Virus record (IMG/VR): IMGVR_UViG_3300027886_000005
Span: 2,249 to 66,248 of that record
From: a virus
Lineage: Duplodnaviria; Caudoviricetes
Direction: 5' to 3' (one strand)
DNA: 64,000 bases
How positions within the stretch are numbered: the stretch's first letter is position 1; each line of letters starts with the position of its first letter. Shown here piece after piece: positions 1 through 8,150 of this stretch. The notes beneath the pieces are model-generated. The model saw only the letters and a program-made list of their open reading frames with translations. It did no database searches and was not told where the DNA came from. Made by a program: the position numbers and the translations under genes.

Positions 1-451
1 CCGCGCACTGGTTGTCGACGCATGCGCCGTAGAGGCCACCGTCCGCCATGCACGCGTCGGAGCCGGTGCCAGGTGGCCACACGCATGCGCCCCAGTCGAG
101 CGAACACGTGGTGCCGCCGAGACAGTCGGCGTCGCCTTCACAGGGGCTGTAACAGTCCCCGTTGAAGAAGTCACACGACGGCGGTCTGGCGCCGAACTGC
201 GCCGCACAGGCCACGACCTCGACGCCGGTGGGTCCAGTTTCGGAGTCGACGCCGCAGATCGTGCCATTTGGGAGCGAATCGAGGCAGATGAGGCCAGGAG
301 CGCAGAGGTGCGTGTCCTCCGGACACGGCCCGAAGAGTTGACCAACCTGGCCGCACTCGGGGGGCGGAGGGACGTCGATCGGGGGCCAGTCGCAGCCGAT
401 GAAGAAGGTGGACGCGACGAAGATGATGGATGTGATGGTGGTGCGGGGCAT
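1..451 (-). CDS. Cys-rich lipoprotein, 'FGPC' family, two-domain form, 3'-truncated by the window edge (absent from the ORF track)
   Basis: Manual translation from ATG 451: MPRTTITSIIFVASTFFIGCDWPPIDVPPPPECGQVGQLFGPCPEDTHLCAPGLICL...CVWPPGTGSDACMADGGLYGACVDNQCA. Lipobox FIGC; no stop before base 1; ATG overlaps the upstream TGA. Confidence 0.8.
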   Translation of the reverse strand, partial: MPRTTITSIIFVASTFFIGCDWPPIDVPPPPECGQVGQLFGPCPEDTHLCAPGLICLDSLPNGTICGVDSETGPTGVEVVACAAQFGARPPSCDFFNGDCYSPCEGDADCLGGTTCSLDWGACVWPPGTGSDACMADGGLYGACVDNQCA

Positions 452-975
452 CACAGCACCTCGTGCGCCACAGCCAAGCAGCCGCAGGTGAGCATGACGT
501 CGTCGCAGGTCGAGTCGCCGATGAGCGAGTCGCAGGTGTTCTCGATGTAGAAGCACACGCCGCAGGCCTCGTCGCCCTGCTCGCACTTCAGCTTGACGAT
601 GTCGACGTACTGCTGGGGCATGCCGGTCGACTCGGCGAGCGCGACGGCCTCGTCGCACCACATGCGGTGGCCCGGGGCACACTCGACCATGTCGGCGGGG
701 TCGCTCGGGACGCAGTAGGTCGGCTCGTCGACCGGTTCGCCCGTCGCGTCGTCGGTCGTCGTCGCACTCGAACCCGTCGTCGGCTCCGAGGTCGAATCGG
801 TGGTGGTCGTCTCCTCTCCGCCGCTGCTCGACGGGGTCGACGGATCAAGGGTGTTGGAGGTGGTGGTCGGGGGCGGCGAGGTCTGGGTCGATCCGACGCC
901 GTCGTCGGCGCATGCGGTGATGATGAATGAAAGGGAGGCTCCGAGGAGCACATGGGCGTATGTCTTGAAGTTCAT
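451..975 (-). CDS. Lipoprotein with Thr/Ser-rich linker and Cys-rich C-terminal domain
   Basis: Signal peptide ending ITAC, low-complexity TTTDSTSEPTTG linker, many Cys in the C-terminal half. Confidence 0.8.
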   Translation of the reverse strand: MNFKTYAHVLLGASLSFIITACADDGVGSTQTSPPPTTTSNTLDPSTPSSSGGEETTTTDSTSEPTTGSSATTTDDATGEPVDEPTYCVPSDPADMVECAPGHRMWCDEAVALAESTGMPQQYVDIVKLKCEQGDEACGVCFYIENTCDSLIGDSTCDDVMLTCGCLAVAHEVL

Positions 976-1014
976 GTCGTGTTCCTGCGTGGTCTGTACC
1001 GTGCGTTCTTAAGC

Positions 1015-1034
1015 GCGTCAAGCTATCTTGTTTC
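1015..1034 (-). promoter_or_regulatory. Dyad-type operator overlapping a TTGACG -35 box (promoter for 451..975)
   Basis: Minus strand GAAACAAGATAGCTTGACGC, then 17 nt to TACAGA. Confidence 0.55.
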
Positions 1035-1400
1035 TCATAGCGTAGAACGGCCTACAGCGGCGGTATGCTGAAGATGTGCGCGTTTTCCGCGCCGTCCGTC
1101 GGATAGACGCACAGGCCGTGGCGGTCGTCGCACACGGTGCCGCCCTCACAATCCCTATCGGCGTTTCCCTTATCGCATACCAGGAAGCACAGCTTGAACG
1201 ACTCGGAACAGGACATCTCCCCACGCCATGCCGCGCATTCGGCGGTCAGCGGGTCGGAGGCGGCCTCGAACGGCGGCAGGCAGATCCGGCCCTCGGGCAC
1301 CTCGACGCAGGCGAGGCCGTCCGCGCATCCGGCGGGCGCCTCGGCGTCGGGGGCACACGGGCCGAACATCTGGCCGACGTCGAGGCACTCTCCGGGCTCG
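1015..1400. repeat. Direct-repeat copy 1: near-identical to 63616-64000
   Basis: Visual alignment; 7 amino-acid differences in the 105 shared codons. Confidence 0.9.
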
Positions 1401-1498
1401 ATCCAGTCGCAGCCGCCGCAGATGATCGAGCAGGAGAGTGCGGATAGGAGGAGCGCGATGGGAGCCTTGAATGCGATGCCAAGCATAAGTTGGAGCAT
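1052..1498 (-). CDS. Cys-rich lipoprotein, 'FGPC' family, single domain
   Basis: Hydrophobic signal, lipobox-like GGC-DW, GQMFGPC...CADGLAC...ICLP...CVYP; start uncertain (1498 or 1486). Confidence 0.8.
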   Translation of the reverse strand: MLQLMLGIAFKAPIALLLSALSCSIICGGCDWIEPGECLDVGQMFGPCAPDAEAPAGCADGLACVEVPEGRICLPPFEAASDPLTAECAAWRGEMSCSESFKLCFLVCDKGNADRDCEGGTVCDDRHGLCVYPTDGAENAHIFSIPPL

Positions 1499-1601
1499 GC
1501 CGCGCTGATGAGTCCGCCGCAAGACCCTGGCGAAGCCCCATAATGTGCCGCCAATAGACCTCGGACGAATGGACGGACATGCGTCCGTGATAGCCCATCG
1601 A

Positions 1602-1793
1602 TCAGCCGCACGCCCACTGCTGCAGCAGCGCCGACCCCAGCGCGATCCACTGCACCGCCCAGACGTACCCCGCGCCGATCAGCGGCGACGGGGGCCGACC
1701 CCGGGCCGTCCTCCCGAGGTGGCCGACCGTCCACGGCTCGGCGGACCCCGGCCTCGGAGCCGCCATCCCGCGCGCCGCCATCGTCAGGCTCAC
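1602..1793 (-). CDS. Small hypothetical protein
   Basis: GTG overlaps the stop of 1790..2302. Confidence 0.35.
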   Translation of the reverse strand: MSLTMAARGMAAPRPGSAEPWTVGHLGRTARGRPPSPLIGAGYVWAVQWIALGSALLQQWACG

Positions 1794-2302
1794 CACCGGT
1801 CGTCCCCCTCGTCGTCCTCGACGACCTCCGGCTCCACCACTACCACGCGGCGGCCCTGCGACAGCGACCTGTGCGGCCCAGAGCTCGTGAGGACCTTGTG
1901 GGGCCCGGTCGTCCGCGTCCGGGGGAGGGTTGCCCCCGACATGGCCGCGAGGTCCCTGCGCGCCTCCAGGACCTGCAGGTTGTGCTCGTTCTGCCGCCGC
2001 GCCCAGGCGCCGAACGCGGTCGCCGCCACCGTCGAGGCGATCGCCATCTTCGCCAGGCCCCAGACCTCCGCCCCGAACGCCGGCCCGAGCGGCGAGCCCA
2101 GCGCCGTGTGCATCCACGCGACCAGCACCACGAGGGCGCACAGGCCGATCGGCGGGCCGACCATCATCAGCACGGACGGCGCCCCCGTCCGCGGCTGTGT
2201 GTCGAGCTCGTCCATGTCGTCGGGACATGTCTCCCGGAGCATGTCCGATCTGGAGGCGGGCGGCCGGCGGTCCCGGTCGGGCGGTGGGCGGCCGCGGGGC
2301 AC
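1790..2302 (-). CDS. Two-TM membrane protein, holin candidate
   Basis: Two hydrophobic helices; divergent from the endolysin; TACCCT box 6 nt before GTG. Confidence 0.55.
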   Translation of the reverse strand: MPRGRPPPDRDRRPPASRSDMLRETCPDDMDELDTQPRTGAPSVLMMVGPPIGLCALVVLVAWMHTALGSPLGPAFGAEVWGLAKMAIASTVAATAFGAWARRQNEHNLQVLEARRDLAAMSGATLPRTRTTGPHKVLTSSGPHRSLSQGRRVVVVEPEVVEDDEGDDRW

Positions 2303-2362
2303 GCGGCGAGGGTAACCGGACCCATCGGCGCGCCGGCGAGAGCGAGTCGCTACCCTCGTCGC

Positions 2363-2524
2363 ATGAGTCGCAAGTACACGCTACTTCACCTCGTCGGCGC
2401 CTTCGCGTTCGGCGTCCTCGTCGGCGGCCTCGGCGTCAAGAAGGGCTGCCCGCCGGTCCCGGTGCCCGCCGACGTCGACCCGCCGCCGGTGAGCGCCCCC
2501 GAGGCGCCGGGGGCCGCGAAGTGA
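2363..2524 (+). CDS. Small single-TM protein in the lysis module
   Basis: MSRKYTLLHLVGAFAFGVLVGGLG...; TACCCT-6nt-ATG; stop overlaps the endolysin start. Confidence 0.6.
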   Translation: MSRKYTLLHLVGAFAFGVLVGGLGVKKGCPPVPVPADVDPPPVSAPEAPGAAK

Positions 2525-3291
2525 CCCGCGCCCCCGCGCCGGCCGTCCAGGTCTTCGACCTCCGCGGCGAGCCGCACCAGCTGCGCCGAGACGAGTGGAC
2601 CCGGTTCGTCGAGCGCGACCCGGCCGAACTGCGCGGGGTCGTGCTGCACCAGTGGGCGGCCAAGAGCGTCGGCACCATGGGCCACCACCGCGCCCGGTAC
2701 GGCGAGCCGCTGGCGCTCGCGCGCCGCGGCCTGGCGACTCCGTACGCGATCTCGTGCGGGGTGACGGCGCTCGGCGGCGTCCCGGTCGTCGCCGTCTGCC
2801 ACCCGCTCGAGCGGTACACGTACTCGTCGGACGCCGGGAACGCGCACTACCTGAGCATCGGCGTCATGGGCCTGTTCCCGTACGTCGAGGGCCAGCGGTC
2901 GGAGCAGCGGCACACGCCGCCGTCGGTGGCGCTGCTGGCCGCGGTCTCCCGGGCGCTCGAGGTCGCGGCCGAGCTGCTCGACGAGGCAGGCTGCGGCGGC
3001 GACCTCAAGGTCATCACCCACCGGCAGTGCGCGAACGGCCCGAGCGACCACTTCGCCTGCCCTGGTGAGGCCGTGGTCGAGATCGCCGCGCTCGCGCTGC
3101 GTGACGGGGCGGCGGGCGTCAGCCTGTCGCTCGACCCCGACCTGGTGCTGCTGCCCAAGTTTGGCAGGCCGTGGCCTCCGGAGTGGCGGCGGCACTTACG
3201 GACCGACCAACCGAAGCTTCTTGCCACACAGGCAGCACCAGTAGACCGAGGTGTTGGCGGGCAGCATGGCGCCGACCCGGAAGTCGGCTGA
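2521..3291 (+). CDS. Endolysin, N-acetylmuramoyl-L-alanine amidase (Amidase_2-like)
   Basis: Motifs GVVLHQ, GNAHYLSIGVMG, VITHRQ, ACPGE. Confidence 0.8.
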   Translation: MTRAPAPAVQVFDLRGEPHQLRRDEWTRFVERDPAELRGVVLHQWAAKSVGTMGHHRARYGEPLALARRGLATPYAISCGVTALGGVPVVAVCHPLERYTYSSDAGNAHYLSIGVMGLFPYVEGQRSEQRHTPPSVALLAAVSRALEVAAELLDEAGCGGDLKVITHRQCANGPSDHFACPGEAVVEIAALALRDGAAGVSLSLDPDLVLLPKFGRPWPPEWRRHLRTDQPKLLATQAAPVDRGVGGQHGADPEVG

Positions 3292-3378
3292 CATGTCGAA
3301 GACGCGCCACCACGGCTCGTTGTGGCGCAGCCTTCCGGCTTGACCCATGATCAAGGCGTACAGGCACTCGTCCTTCAC
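3196..3378 (-). CDS. Small Cys-containing hypothetical protein
   Basis: GTGA-coupled to the exonuclease; WCCLCGKK motif. Confidence 0.5.
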   Translation of the reverse strand: MKDECLYALIMGQAGRLRHNEPWWRVFDMSADFRVGAMLPANTSVYWCCLCGKKLRLVGP

Positions 3379-4412
3379 CGCGCCACCGCCATCGGCCTGA
3401 GACCGCCGAGTACGTCGGCCGTGTGCTGCGAGCACCACGACTCGCCGTCGTTCCCGGTGGGTTGCCGCGGCAGGCCCATGACCCACTGCCGGTACGACGG
3501 GTCGCAGTCGGCGGGGCGCCCCTTGTGCTTGCCACGGCTCCACACGTAGCCGGTGCCGGCGAGCCGCGACTCGTCCTCGGCGAGCCACCCGTCCCACGAC
3601 ACGCGGCCCGGCTCGGGCGCGTCGAGGGCGGCGAGCAGGGCAGACAGGTTCACGGACGCCGGCAGGTCAGACCGGGCCGGCGGCCACATCGGCGACCACA
3701 GGTCGAGCAGTCGGCAGAGCACGCGCGCGGTCGCCTGGCAGTCGGCCATGGCCCCGTGGGCGTCCTGCGGCCGCAACCCGGTGAGGGCCACGTGAGACCC
3801 GGTGAGTGACGAGGCGTAGGCGTCGAGCCCATTCTCGATGCAGGGGACACAGACGTTGCTGCCGAGCGTCGTCCTGTCGATGCCGAGCGTGGTCACAAGT
3901 TCAAGCGCCAGCGGGTGCGGCATCTCCCGCTGCATCCGCCGGACGACGCGCATGGTATCGACGACGTCGAGGTCAGCGTCGGGCAGGTAGCCCCACCGCG
4001 TGGCCCAAGGAACGTCAGCCCCGGCGGCGTTGTGGCCGACCCACACGGCCGGTCCGACGCCGTCCGCCGCGTCCCCGGCGGCGTAGCCCTGAAAGAATCC
4101 CGCTACCTCGAGGTCGTTATACGCGGCGCACCGGCCCCGCACGTCCTCGTCGCGGATCCGGTGCACACGCGTCGCCCCAGGATCGATGGGGCAGAGTGGG
4201 TCGAGCCGCATCTGCACGGCGTAGGTGAGACCGTGCGGGACGAGGACGGCGGCCCGCCGCGTCTCCTCGTCGTCGACCTGTTGCTCCCAAGGCGAGAAGA
4301 CGAGCGCGGCGAACTCGACGGGAGGCTTTCCGCCGAGCCCGGCCGTCTCGAAGTCGAGGACGACGAGCGGGCGACGGCTGGCGGCGAGGAGGTCGAGGAG
4401 GCGCCTCCACAT
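3375..4412 (-). CDS. DEDDh 3'-5' exonuclease (DnaQ/ExoX-like) with a GKHKG..YxxW C-terminal domain
   Basis: VLDFETAG, VGHNAAGAD, HGAMADCQAT, WSRGKHKGRP..PSYRQW; TGATG overlap at 4412. Confidence 0.85.
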   Translation of the reverse strand: MWRRLLDLLAASRRPLVVLDFETAGLGGKPPVEFAALVFSPWEQQVDDEETRRAAVLVPHGLTYAVQMRLDPLCPIDPGATRVHRIRDEDVRGRCAAYNDLEVAGFFQGYAAGDAADGVGPAVWVGHNAAGADVPWATRWGYLPDADLDVVDTMRVVRRMQREMPHPLALELVTTLGIDRTTLGSNVCVPCIENGLDAYASSLTGSHVALTGLRPQDAHGAMADCQATARVLCRLLDLWSPMWPPARSDLPASVNLSALLAALDAPEPGRVSWDGWLAEDESRLAGTGYVWSRGKHKGRPADCDPSYRQWVMGLPRQPTGNDGESWCSQHTADVLGGLRPMAVAR

Positions 4413-5566
4413 CACGACCCCACCAGGAAGGAAGGTGCGAAGTACGCTGGCTGCCATCTCTGGAGCGTTTCGATGCTCCCCAACGTCTTCGCCTCGACAA
4501 TTGCTTTGGAGCATCGGCGGCATTCGAATGAGCCGTCGTCGTGCGCGATGAATCCTTCCCACGCGCCGTCCTGGCACGGGTGGCGGAGAGCAGTGATGGA
4601 GTTGCGAAGCTCGTCGAATGCCGACGGAGTCGCCCCTAACAGGACGTCGGCTGGTACCTGCATCAGGTGCACACTCTTTTGATATTCGGTTTCCAAGTAG
4701 TTGGCGAGTTCGGCCCTGGTCGGAACATGGAATCCGGCGACGGCGTCGTTGTCGAGCGCCTGCATGAACGCCCGCACGCCCGCCTGCGCGACCTCGTTGC
4801 TGGCGCCCTCCGCGATGAGACTCGCGCTCATCGCGGCGTTCACTTCGCTGGCGGTCGGCACCACGAAACCCTCGAACTTAGCGTCCTTCGTGTGGGCGAC
4901 GATCTCGCGCTGCTCCATCATCGAGGTGAGACGCGTGCGCATGGCGGACCGCACATCATCAACGGTCATGCGATCAAGGCCGAACGGAAGTGAATCGTCG
5001 GCCGCCTTGACCGCCCCGAACGCGTCGCCCGGCTTGCCGCCCGCGCAGACCGTGCAGGCCACCCACGTCGACGCCAGGAGCACGCGCCCGGCGTTGCCGT
5101 GGGGGCCGCACTCGGGGCACGCGCCTAAGGCAGGGCGCACGTCTGTGGCGACTTTGTCGTAGGCCGACGTGAGTGCGGAGACCTTCTCCGCGTCAATCTC
5201 GGACTGGCGACGGACGATGTCGCAGCGGATGATGGCCGTAGCGATGTCGCCGTGCGAGTTGATGCGCGACGACTTGGGGAGCAGGTAGCGACCACCAATC
5301 AGCCACGGAGTGGGCGAGCGCATGAACAGATCGATGTTGTGCTCAGCATCTCCCGACCATTCGGACGACACGTTGAGCATGTCGCTGACCTGCTGCGGCG
5401 TGCCGTCGATCGTCGTGCGGCCGACGACGACCCATGGATTTTTGCAGGCAGCGTCCTGCAACCTCTTGCTCGCGGCCTTGAGTTTCACCTCCGCCGCAGC
5501 GAGTCGCGCCTTCAACTCTTCCGGCATCGTGAATGTGATTTGCGCGCGCAGGTTGGTCATCGCCAT
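4412..5566 (-). CDS. Hypothetical mosaic protein with Cys clusters
   Basis: CPECG...CTVC and HPC...CRRC; start coupled to the upstream stop. Confidence 0.6.
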   Translation of the reverse strand: MAMTNLRAQITFTMPEELKARLAAAEVKLKAASKRLQDAACKNPWVVVGRTTIDGTPQQVSDMLNVSSEWSGDAEHNIDLFMRSPTPWLIGGRYLLPKSSRINSHGDIATAIIRCDIVRRQSEIDAEKVSALTSAYDKVATDVRPALGACPECGPHGNAGRVLLASTWVACTVCAGGKPGDAFGAVKAADDSLPFGLDRMTVDDVRSAMRTRLTSMMEQREIVAHTKDAKFEGFVVPTASEVNAAMSASLIAEGASNEVAQAGVRAFMQALDNDAVAGFHVPTRAELANYLETEYQKSVHLMQVPADVLLGATPSAFDELRNSITALRHPCQDGAWEGFIAHDDGSFECRRCSKAIVEAKTLGSIETLQRWQPAYFAPSFLVGS

Positions 5567-6447
5567 CACAGGTCCTTGTACGTCGGGAGATTGTTGTGGG
5601 GGAACGGCACCGACTCCTTGTCGAGCACGGCGACGGTGGCGAGGCCGTCGCCGATCGTGCGCTCCTCGGCGACGCGCCAGCGGTGCAGGGCGGCGAGGCC
5701 GGGCGGGACCTCGCGGGGCAGCATCGCCTGGAATGGCCGGCCGGCCCCGTCGCGGATGACCGTGATCGACTTGACGTCGAGGCCGTGGAACGCGGTGGCG
5801 AAGCGGTCTCCCTTCATCGACCACGCCCTGACCTTGACGTGCAGCATCACAGGAATCACGAGGCCGCCGACCTGCTGGACGAAGAAGCGGTCCCACGGCG
5901 GGACGGGGCCGACGTCGTCGCGCTGCCAGGACTCCTCAGGGAACCCGCAGTCGGTGTACGCGGTGACGACGTCGTGGCGCCAGTTGCCGTACTGGCGCGC
6001 GGCCTTCTCGTCGGCCGGGTCGCGCAGGCGCTCGACAAGGCTCCGGCGGGGCTGCTGGTCGAACCGGAGCGGGCGGCCGTGGTGCGTCCCGGAGCGGTTC
6101 GCGTCGCGGTCCCACTGGCTCACGCGGAACGTCACCGTTACGCCACCCGAGGCCCACGCGACGACCTTGGTGACGTACGCGTCGAACTCGTGCTCGCCGT
6201 CGATGAGCGGGTGGTCCTCGTCCCACTCCTTGTCCGTGCGCCGCGTGAAACCGCCGCCATCGCCCGGGGCCGGCGGGGTCCAGCCGGAGGGCGGAGGCGG
6301 CAGGCCGCGCCCGCCGCGGGATGGTCCGCCGGGCTGCGCGGTGGGGACGGCGGACCGCTGCGTCGTCGCGGCCGGTGCCTGTTGGTGGTTCTGCGTCGGC
6401 GGTGCCGGGGTGGCCGCGCCGCGGTTCGGGAGTGTCCGTGGTGGCAT
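5566..6447 (-). CDS. Hypothetical protein of the recombination module (SSB-like candidate)
   Basis: Pro/Gln-rich N-terminus followed by a beta-rich domain; located next to the ATPase and nuclease. Confidence 0.55.
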   Translation of the reverse strand: MPPRTLPNRGAATPAPPTQNHQQAPAATTQRSAVPTAQPGGPSRGGRGLPPPPSGWTPPAPGDGGGFTRRTDKEWDEDHPLIDGEHEFDAYVTKVVAWASGGVTVTFRVSQWDRDANRSGTHHGRPLRFDQQPRRSLVERLRDPADEKAARQYGNWRHDVVTAYTDCGFPEESWQRDDVGPVPPWDRFFVQQVGGLVIPVMLHVKVRAWSMKGDRFATAFHGLDVKSITVIRDGAGRPFQAMLPREVPPGLAALHRWRVAEERTIGDGLATVAVLDKESVPFPHNNLPTYKDL

Positions 6448-6467
6448 GCTGGGAACATCTTAGCATG

Positions 6468-6725
6468 TCAGAACGGGATGTCGTCCGGCTCCACGTCCTT
6501 GTCGAGGATCTCGAACACGTCGATCATGCCCTTCAGGGCGCCCTTCAGCGCCCGGAGCTGCCGCCACGACCTCTCGGACAGCGTGCCGTCGCCGTGGCCG
6601 CCGGCGGACTTTGGGCGCTGCGCCTTGCCGAGCAGCAGCCGCGCCCGCTCGTGCATGAGCGACAGGTCGTTCATGGAGAACGGGGCCCGCGCTACCAGGT
6701 CGGTGAAGCTCTCGTCGTCGGTCAC
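6468..6725 (-). CDS. Small protein ending in an SSB-type acidic tail (EPDDIPF)
   Basis: C-terminus DVEPDDIPF; start overlaps the ATPase stop. Confidence 0.7.
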   Translation of the reverse strand: MTDDESFTDLVARAPFSMNDLSLMHERARLLLGKAQRPKSAGGHGDGTLSERSWRQLRALKGALKGMIDVFEILDKDVEPDDIPF

Positions 6726-7924
6726 GACTCACCTGCCCGCTCGGCCAGGTTGCGGAGGCACAGCTCGAACACGAGCCCGGCGTCGGGGCTGCCGTCGTAG
6801 CCGCGCGCGCGGCCGCCGGGGAGGTCGGCGGTGCGCTCGGCGAACTCCACGTGGCCCGGCGTCTCGCTCGGGTGCATGCCCGCGACCGGTTCAGGCCACG
6901 GCACGTCCGGGCTCCACACCCGCGGCACGCGGTCGAACTCGGACAGCCACCCGTCGCCGCCCTGGCGCTTCGGCCAGAGGACGGCGCCGAGCCCCGGGTA
7001 CCGGCCGCGCATCGTCACCGCGCCGAACGTCACGTCGCGGCCCGGGGCGTTGACGTTCGAGAGGTTGGCGTCGCCGGTGAAGTCGGGGACGTCGCCGTAC
7101 GCGTGCCAACAGATGTTCGCCTTCGCGTGCAGCGTCGCCCAGAGGTCGCTGTACGGGGTCACAAGCTTGCCGGCCTCGAGCGTCTTCGGGGCCCCGAAGT
7201 CGGGCGCCTCGCCGACCGCGACTTCCCGGGACTCCTTGTCGGACTTGACCAGTTGGATCTGCGCCCGGGTGTGGACGGCGACGCAGACGACGACGCCGCG
7301 GTTCCGGACGGACACGCCGGACAGCGCGTCGACGAAGTCCTGGGCGGGCCCCGTGGCGAGCGCGGCGACCCGCTTCTGGTCGTTCTCCAGGTCGCGCCCG
7401 TCGACGCTGACCTTGCCCTTGCGGTCGCCGCGGGCCGCCTCGCGCACGGCGGTCTTCTGCGCGCGCAGGAGCGTGCTCGCGGATTCGACGGCGACGCCGC
7501 CGATCGGCAGGTGATCATTCTCGGTCGACGACACCGGCGGTGGCGCGTCCCCGACGCGCGGCTTGGTCAACATCCACCTGCTGGCCTCGACGCTATGCCG
7601 GGCGATCCTCCCCTCGCGCAGGGTGAGCGGCGGCCGGCCCTCAGGGAACACGACGGCGAGCACCGCCTTGGCCTCTTCGAAGTCGGCGACCGGCCACGTG
7701 AGGCACATGGACTCGTCGCTGATGACGGGCCCGGCGGTGCCCTCGGTGGACGACTCGACGACGAGGAGGAGGAACGGGGCGACCGCGGGAGTCCCGTCGG
7801 GCCAGCGGGACGACATGAGTCGCATCATCTGCTCGGTCTTGCCGTTGTTCCCCTGGCCCGTGAAGATGAAGAAGAGCGACCCGGGAAGGGGTCGCCGGGT
7901 CGCGTTCGATTGAGTGGTGTTCAT
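6722..7924 (-). CDS. P-loop ATPase, Sak4/AAA_24-like recombinase
   Basis: Walker A GQGNNGKT, LLVVES strand, VAVES Walker-B-like motif; recombination context. Confidence 0.7.
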   Translation of the reverse strand: MNTTQSNATRRPLPGSLFFIFTGQGNNGKTEQMMRLMSSRWPDGTPAVAPFLLLVVESSTEGTAGPVISDESMCLTWPVADFEEAKAVLAVVFPEGRPPLTLREGRIARHSVEASRWMLTKPRVGDAPPPVSSTENDHLPIGGVAVESASTLLRAQKTAVREAARGDRKGKVSVDGRDLENDQKRVAALATGPAQDFVDALSGVSVRNRGVVVCVAVHTRAQIQLVKSDKESREVAVGEAPDFGAPKTLEAGKLVTPYSDLWATLHAKANICWHAYGDVPDFTGDANLSNVNAPGRDVTFGAVTMRGRYPGLGAVLWPKRQGGDGWLSEFDRVPRVWSPDVPWPEPVAGMHPSETPGHVEFAERTADLPGGRARGYDGSPDAGLVFELCLRNLAERAGES

Positions 7925-7934
7925 CGGCGACATG

Positions 7935-8150
7935 TTAGCATGTGTCGCAGTCGCACAGCCGCATCAACTCGCTACGCATGGCGTCCTTGAACATGTAATG
8001 GTGCACGGTAAAAGCGCGTTCATGCCATGACTTGACCATATGCCGATGACCAGGCCGCGAATGCGAGACGGCCTCCATCACCACGTCATCGCCAACCAGG
8101 AAAGTTCGGACGTCATGTCGTCAGCAAAACTGCGCCCATTGGTCACGCAT
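7935..8150 (-). pseudogene. 72-codon reading frame interrupted by TGA at codon 10
   Basis: MRDQWAQFC*RHDVRTFLVGDD...CDCDTC*; ATG overlaps the upstream gene end and the TAA is the next gene's -10 box. Confidence 0.35.

Noticed and set aside
1052-1400. Diversity-generating retroelement (TR/VR pair with 63653-64000)
   Set aside because: Differences involve all four bases (for example TGT/TGC, GGA/GTA, TTC/GTC) rather than being adenine-specific, and no reverse transcriptase is in the window
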